Source: Stegostoma tigrinum (lineage: Eukaryota). From it: 64,000 bases of DNA. Location of the stretch: positions 13,583,140-13,647,139 of the forward strand of contig NC_081404.1 in the NCBI RefSeq assembly GCF_030684315.1, in the 5' to 3' direction. The position numbers were made by a program, and so were the translations under genes. Below the pieces are notes generated by a model that saw only the letters and a list, made by a program, of their open reading frames with translations, was not told where the DNA came from and searched no databases. Shown piece by piece: positions 59,567 through 64,000 of this stretch. Within the stretch, counting starts at the first letter, position 1. Each line of letters begins with the position of its first letter.

Positions 59567-62500
59567 CAATTTGACTATTCAATAGCGAGGCTCTGAAGAG
59601 GTAAGTCTCATTTGATTGTTTAGTAATCTAAGTAGAGTGCCCAGTGTAGACTAAGGCTGTCAGATTCAATCCACACAGCTTGTGCTGAATGCTTTGGTCT
59701 CATCAGTCAGGATGCTGACTGTGCTGATATGAAAAGTATGGGTTAGGGAGGGGTGACAAAAAAATCAGTCGCGTTTCTCAACCATGATCTTCATCTAAAG
59801 AGCATTTGGCTCTCACTGACTCATAACACCAGAGCAGGATCACTGGGCTGCGCCTGTGTTGAAATTCTACCTAACATTACAGAACAATGCCCATGTAAAG
59901 ATAGAGGAAGGATTGAGCTTGGCTACATCAGTTTTCAGATCAAACAACCTGCTCATGCTTGCTGCTTAGATTCGCAGGTGAAGCCGCTAGACCTCACTTC
60001 AGCAGAGTTAGGAAATGAACACTGCATTTTCTTGTTGGTTTTGGCCCAATGTCACACATGCACAGCTTGTAATTTCTTCTTTGTTTTTAAAAGAAATCAT
60101 ATAATTTCAATTAGCATTACCTCTTGTGTCAATACACCTCAAAAGAGTATTGAGAGCTAGCCAGAAAATAGAGTTAATTTGAACAGTTACCTTTAAAAGA
60201 TAAGGTTGCCATAATCCTCTTGGGCTGCACTCTAATCAGAGAGAGACAGCTGCTGGTGGTTTAACCTGAAGGTCACCGCACCTCAGATCAGGGGAGAGGC
60301 AGAGAAAGAGAGTTCTTTAATGGTAACCTCAGCCAGTGCAGGAACTGAACCCACAAATTATTGGTGTTACTAACCAGCTAACTGACCCACATGTGTCTAT
60401 ATATGCACCTGTGTCTGTATAGCAAAGTTTAAGCGACTGGCTGCGGCTAATTGACTAAATTACCCTGTCAATGTAAAGGGTGAGTTGTTGGATCTTGAGG
60501 CACAGCGATAGTGTCCCTACCTCTCAACCAGAGAGCTTGGGTTCAAGTTCGACCTGTTCAGGTGGTGTGTCACGACCTATCCCAATAGGGGGAGCAGCTG
60601 TTACTGAGGGGTGTGGTGTGAGCTGTGTTGCTCTTCAGTCAATAAGTTCAATTGTGAGGAAAGGGTGCTTCAAGGTTGAATTCACCCATGGACTTGGATT
60701 AGAGTTAAGATCTGGGTAACATTAGGAATAACTTCAAAATTGTTCTCCTCAGTAGGATGTTATGTACAAAGTTGTTTACTTCTGTTAGCCCCAGTTACAG
60801 ACATAAAGTACACTACTTCTCCCTGGAAGCAGACAGGTTAATGGGTTTTGCATAAAATGTTCTTTGCTATTTTATAGTGATGATCTTCCTAAGGGCAGGT
60901 CCTCTGCACTTTTCTCTGCAATTCACAGTTGTAAGAACATATGTTCATATGCTTTCTTGCCTTTTCCTAGTCAGTTGATTGTGTAGCCTCCCATTTGTCA
61001 ACCTCATAAGCAATGAGATTAGGGAAAAGAGCCCACATGAAGTGAGGTGGTTCCCCATCTCCTTCCTGATGTTTGCTGAAATGAAACAAAAGCCTTTGTC
61101 CTGAAGGGACACTGCTCAAGGTTCTAGCTCTTTCACCATTGCCACTGGAAGTTCACTGGTTCTGTTGTTGGCCATGTCTTGGAATAATGCCGAGCATAGG
61201 ACTATTTTTTACCTGGGCCTGAAGCGACTTGTAACGAGAAAAGGGATGACATACCCAAGGTCTCAAACAAGCCTGTTACTTTACTGCATTTTAAACACTC
61301 CCCTCTAAACTAATTGAAGCCTGAATTCTAACTGTTAGTGAGACAGCACTGGCCTGAAAATGTTGCCCAAACGCTTAACTGCCAACTTACACTGGCCCTC
61401 TGACTGGCACTGTCATTGGTAGGGAAATGCCAGTGTGTTTCAAGCAGCAGGCCATTTGCAATAGGCAAGTCAGTGTCAGGCTCTGATTGTAATTTCTGAG
61501 GTGAAAATGGACAGAGCAGATATGTCACGAGCTTTGACCATTGGTACCAGGGATACAGGGATCTAACCCATGTCCCTTAAAGGGAGAAGGAAGTAACCAA
61601 AAGCTCAGTCAAACGATGTGATTTAACCAAAATCTCAAAGGAAGAGAGTGAGAGCACTCTGTGAGAATGAGTGAAAACAAGCTTAAAGGTAGGAGTTTTT
61701 TTACAATTGGTTTCTCTCCTGCTCTGAAGACACTGACTTAGGTTGAGAAATTGTTTCGTGGGCATAGCCAAGTCTAAGCAACAAGTGTCAGACATCTACC
61801 TGTATCACATAGTTACCTCCTCATCATATTCAAGACTCTTCCTGTACTCAACGGGTGTTTGTGCACATTCACTTCCTGGCAGGAGCAACAATTGATTGGG
61901 AGGGGAAAAGTTCTGTGTCACCAGATGGGGAGATAAGATAAGTCAGCGGGCACAATGGGGGATGTTTGGAATGGTACTTCATGCCAGTATGATTTCTGCC
62001 AAATTTAACTGAATTGGCATAGACCATTGGTATGAAAGTAGGAGCTGGCCCACATGACTGATGACCTAATTCTTATCCAGATGGCTTCATTGTGTTAGGT
62101 TGAATAAAAGAAGTTGCATGAAGCCCCTTTAGAATCCTAGAACTGGTAGACTGCTTTACTTTTAGAGGCAAACGCTGCCATTAATCAGTACACAGCAGAC
62201 TCTCATACAGACCATGAGATGTGTGATCAGTTTACTACGAATGGTTGGGTGATAAATATTGGTCAGGGCTCTGGGGAGAACCCTCCGCTGTTCTCCAGTT
62301 AGCGCAATGGGCTATTTTGCATCCACCTGAGATATCAAACACAGCCTTGGGTCTGAAATCTCATCTGAAAGACAACACCATCTGACTGTGCAGCACTTCC
62401 TCAGTGCTGCACTGGAGTGTCAACCTGGAACTGAAGTCTCTGGCGTGGACCTTGAGCCCACTGTCTTCTGCCTCAAGGGTAAACTACAGTTGATACATCA

Positions 62501-64000
62501 CCAAACATGTCTCAAAGCCACATGCAAGGTTCAATATACCTTAGGCATGAATTAGTTGACCCCATTCACGTTGAACTGAACAACAGTGTTAAGACTGTGC
62601 ACAAAGGAATTTTATGTGAGCATGTTAAGCCTTACATGGCTATAAGAATTCAAAAGTTCCAAGATGCACAAATGAGCACCAAAATGTTTGTGTGACAAAG
62701 CACCACTGAGCTGAAGTTGTAATTGATGACTCATGGTTTGGAGCCCAGTATCTCTTGGCAACTGCTATTGCGCACTCATATGTATAACTCCTAGCACTTC
62801 AGCATGCCACTTCAGAGAAGTTGACCTTTTTGAACCTTGTGAGTCCCAAAGTCTAAAGGGTGGTTGCAAAGACCAAGTGACTCAGAGCTGCCAATATTCG
62901 TTCATTATTAACTAGCCCTGATAAAAGCTTTTCGAAAGACATAGACCTGTGGGACTTTTGATTGATAAACTACTATTTGCTTTTGTCCAGACAAGCGGTA
63001 TAGGGTGATGGATCACAGGTTGCAGAAGCTCAGTTGATATTCTGGACGAAGATGGATAGATTTTTAGACTCTGAGGTATTGAAGGGATAAAGGGAGAGAG
63101 TGGGGAAAATTAACTTAGGTCGAAGGTCAGCCGTGATCTTTTTGAATGGTGAAGCAGGTTCCAGGGGCCAAGTAGAAACTCTTCCATACGGAAGAAATCT
63201 TAATTGCAATTACACAAGAACAGAAAGCTTCAAGCCTTCTCATCTGAAGCTGCTGCCCTTAATGGGACAAAAGTGGAAAAGCACTAGAGTTCCTCTGGTG
63301 CATTACCCAAGTGGTTGTGAGTTCACATAGTGAGTGCAGGTTGGCTACTGAACTACAAGTGGGCATCTTTTATCCAGCAGTGATAAGGGGCAGGGCTTAT
63401 GATCTACTGTTTTAATCCCCTTCTCCCCTTGCCCTGAGATCGTGAGGATAATGGCTGACTCTCCAGACTCTACTCCAGGGGAGATTATACAATTTAGTAG
63501 AAATCTGGGATTGAGTCATGGGATCTTTCTGGTCAGTATAGCTCACTTCCTCACCCAATGTCGCTATCAGGGAACTGGCGTTCAAAGTTTAAAAATGTTT
63601 TAAATTTTTTGACAGTGGTGAACAAGCAGAGTGTGAAAGGTTCAAAGTTAAACAATTTACATAATGTCTTAAACCTAATATAATGTTTCAAGATGCTTCA
63701 AAGGATTCTCATAAAACTAAATGTGACACTGAGCCACATAAGGAGATCTGAGGTCAGATGACCAAAAGCAGTACATTTTAAGGCATGTCTTAAAGGAGGA
63801 AAACCAAGTAGAGAGCTCTAGAGAAATAATTGCAGAGCTGAGGGCCTAGGTAATTAAAGGCACCACCAACAATGGTGAAGCAATTAAAATTGAGATCCAG
63901 CTCAAGAGGCTAGAATTAGAGAATTTTTGAGAGGATCATGGAGCTGGAGGAGATTAGAGATGGGAACGGGGCAAGGCCATGGATGGACTTAAAAACAAAG

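Noticed and set aside
59038-59596. Plus-strand ORFs of 143 and 162 aa
   Set aside because: Antisense frames of the CR1 reverse transcriptase.
62980-63670. Candidate acceptors for type II keratin exon 3 (ttttgtccag near 62990, ttttgacag near 63615)
   Set aside because: The downstream translation has no similarity to YEDEINKR...ENEF and no matching 61-nt exon with a donor.

Overview
Vertebrate, repeat-rich DNA, very likely from a shark (cartilaginous fish): it carries HE1-type V-SINEs, Deu-domain SINEs, CR1/HER1, L2, Rex/Babar and Tx1 LINEs, and Penelope-like elements. The only host genes I can support are a head-to-head keratin pair near 50.6-55.2 kb. One is a complete 8-exon type I keratin 18-like gene (minus strand, 415 aa, all introns GT-AG, including a 23-nt micro-exon). 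The other is the first two exons of a K8-like type II keratin with an unusual head domain (plus strand; exon 3 not found in the window). Their start codons are only 397 bp apart, in a CpG-rich segment with two outward-facing TATA-like boxes and a palindromic double CCAAT box. This suggests a compact bidirectional promoter for the two partners of an obligate heterodimer. Bases 1-50.5 kb contain no exon I can recognise. They hold nested retroelements, Penelope-derived minimal hammerhead ribozyme motifs, a 16-bp minisatellite rich in KLF-type motifs, a CR1 with internal inversions, and several locally templated duplications. Repeat boundaries are approximate and family names come from motif recognition, not database searches.
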